Assembly (NCBI GenBank): GCA_018663635.1
Contig: JABJPZ010000240.1
Span: 1-59,022, forward strand
DNA: 59,022 nucleotides
From: Crocinitomicaceae bacterium
Lineage (GTDB): Bacteria; Bacteroidota; Bacteroidia; Flavobacteriales_D; Parvicellaceae
Direction of reading: 5' to 3'
The notes below the pieces were generated by a model, which saw only the letters and a list, made by a program, of their open reading frames with translations, did no database searches and was not told the DNA's origin. Below, piece by piece: positions 57,998 through 59,022 of this stretch. Positions within the stretch are counted from its first letter, which is position 1. Every line of letters starts with the position of its first letter. A program made the position numbers and the translations under genes.

Positions 57998-59022
57998 ATG
58001 AAAATCATGGAAGCAAAAACCGGTTATGAAGCCGAATTGCAAAACTGGGTTAGTAAAGAAAGAGCCACAGTAAGTTTAATTAATTCAGTAGGAACGTTAA
58101 TGTATGACCAAGGAGTCGAGCTGGTTTTTTTCAGAAATCAACTTGTCGATTTGGGCGTCAATGAAGTACTGAATTTATTTGATTATGCTGACAACGTCGT
58201 ACTCAAACACATTGATGCACATACCGCCGCAAAAGTTGCCAAAGTTATGCGATCTATGGATTTAGCGCCGTCCAAAATTGACATCGGAAAGCTTACCAAG
58301 CAATATTTATTGGAAAAAAGTGATCATGCCGATATTGGAGCATTTTTGAGCACTACATTGTCTAATTTTATTGGAAAAGATAAACATCGCTTTGAACCAA
58401 GAGACGTTGTTCTTTATGGTTTTGGAAGAATTGGTCGCCTGGCGGCACGAGAGCTCATCAAACAAGCAGGAAAAGGTCAACAACTGAGACTTAGAGCAAT
58501 CGTAACGCGAAACACAAGTGACGAGCAAATAATAAAGAGAGCTGCCTTGCTTCGCAATGATTCAGTTCACGGGACCTTTAACGGAACCGTTCAATCAGAC
58601 CTTAAAAACAAACGGCTGATTGTTAATGGACAAATTATTGAGATGATAGAAGCTAAAAACCCAGAAGATATTGACTATACCAAATATGACATGAAAAATG
58701 TTCTTGTCATTGACAATACTGGTGTTTTTAAAGACAAAGAAGCCCTGAGTAGACACCTGTCGTCGAAAGGCGCTAGCAAAGTTATATTAACAGCACCTGG
58801 AGGAGAAATTCCGAACATTGTTTATGGTATCAACCACAAGGGAATGGATGTGGAAGAAACGGATATTTTTTCCGCTGCATCGTGCACCACAAATGCGATT
58901 TCTCCTGTACTAAAAGTAATCGAAGACAATCTTGGAGTTGTAAAGGGACATATTGAAACCGTTCATGCCTACACCAATGATCAAAATTTGCTCGACAACA
59001 TGCACAAAAAGCCCAGAAGAGG
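57998..59022 (+). CDS. gap: glyceraldehyde-3-phosphate dehydrogenase, long form with a ~135-aa N-terminal extension (3' end beyond the window)
   Basis: My own translation is open from ATG 57998 to the window end. The Rossmann motif YGFGRIGR starts near residue 138 and the active site is SAASCTTN. It is absent from the ORF track because it is truncated by the window edge. Confidence 0.88.
   Translation, partial: MKIMEAKTGYEAELQNWVSKERATVSLINSVGTLMYDQGVELVFFRNQLVDLGVNEVLNLFDYADNVVLKHIDAHTAAKVAKVMRSMDLAPSKIDIGKLTKQYLLEKSDHADIGAFLSTTLSNFIGKDKHRFEPRDVVLYGFGRIGRLAARELIKQAGKGQQLRLRAIVTRNTSDEQIIKRAALLRNDSVHGTFNGTVQSDLKNKRLIVNGQIIEMIEAKNPEDIDYTKYDMKNVLVIDNTGVFKDKEALSRHLSSKGASKVILTAPGGEIPNIVYGINHKGMDVEETDIFSAASCTTNAISPVLKVIEDNLGVVKGHIETVHAYTNDQNLLDNMHKKPRR

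Noticed and set aside
1-59022. Searched for mobile elements, integrases, phage genes, restriction-modification, toxin-antitoxin or other defence modules, and for compositional islands
   Set aside because: Every sizeable ORF is either a recognisable housekeeping or envelope gene or an isolated hypothetical. No transposase or integrase-like translation, flanking direct repeats or abrupt composition shift was seen.

Overview
AT-rich segment that reads as core chromosome of a Bacteroidota bacterium (Flavobacteriia/Cytophagia-like). Supporting signs are a T9SS C-terminal sorting-domain cargo protein, a 287-aa Bacteroidota-type primary sigma factor, a divergent tamB/tsaD pair, recurring TAnnTTTG -7 promoter boxes, and little evidence of Shine-Dalgarno sites. 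I call about 50 protein genes, almost all housekeeping: htpG, hutI, tamB, tsaD, rnz, pyrR-pyrB, trxA, dnaE, a deaD-like helicase, msrB, sucC, a lolD-like ATPase, rpsA, mpl, miaA, mltG, dapF, htrA, rpoD and a truncated gap. One RNA gene is invisible to the ORF track: RNase P RNA on the minus strand at about 31124-31504. There are several clean rho-independent terminators and a few promoter predictions. I see no CRISPR array, transposase, integrase, phage module, toxin-antitoxin pair or recognisable defence island, and I cannot honestly nominate a convincing new system. The observations most worth a second look are listed here. (1) A DEDDh exonuclease domain is fused to the N-terminus of DnaE. 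(2) A 54-nt coding tandem repeat gives ribosomal protein S1 a roughly 100-aa acidic N-terminal extension. (3) A translationally coupled GT2 / PAP2 phosphatase / ArnT-like GT-C module sits next to rnpB. (4) A beta-lactamase-family protein has Asp in place of the nucleophilic Ser. (5) cutC is sandwiched between GH20 and GH2 glycosidases. (6) An extended promoter motif, TAnnTTTGCACC, is shared by rnpB, rpsA and rpoD. (7) A lipoprotein carries HxH and C-terminal MC motifs reminiscent of copper monooxygenases. All functional calls come from reading the supplied translations against remembered family motifs. No database search was run.
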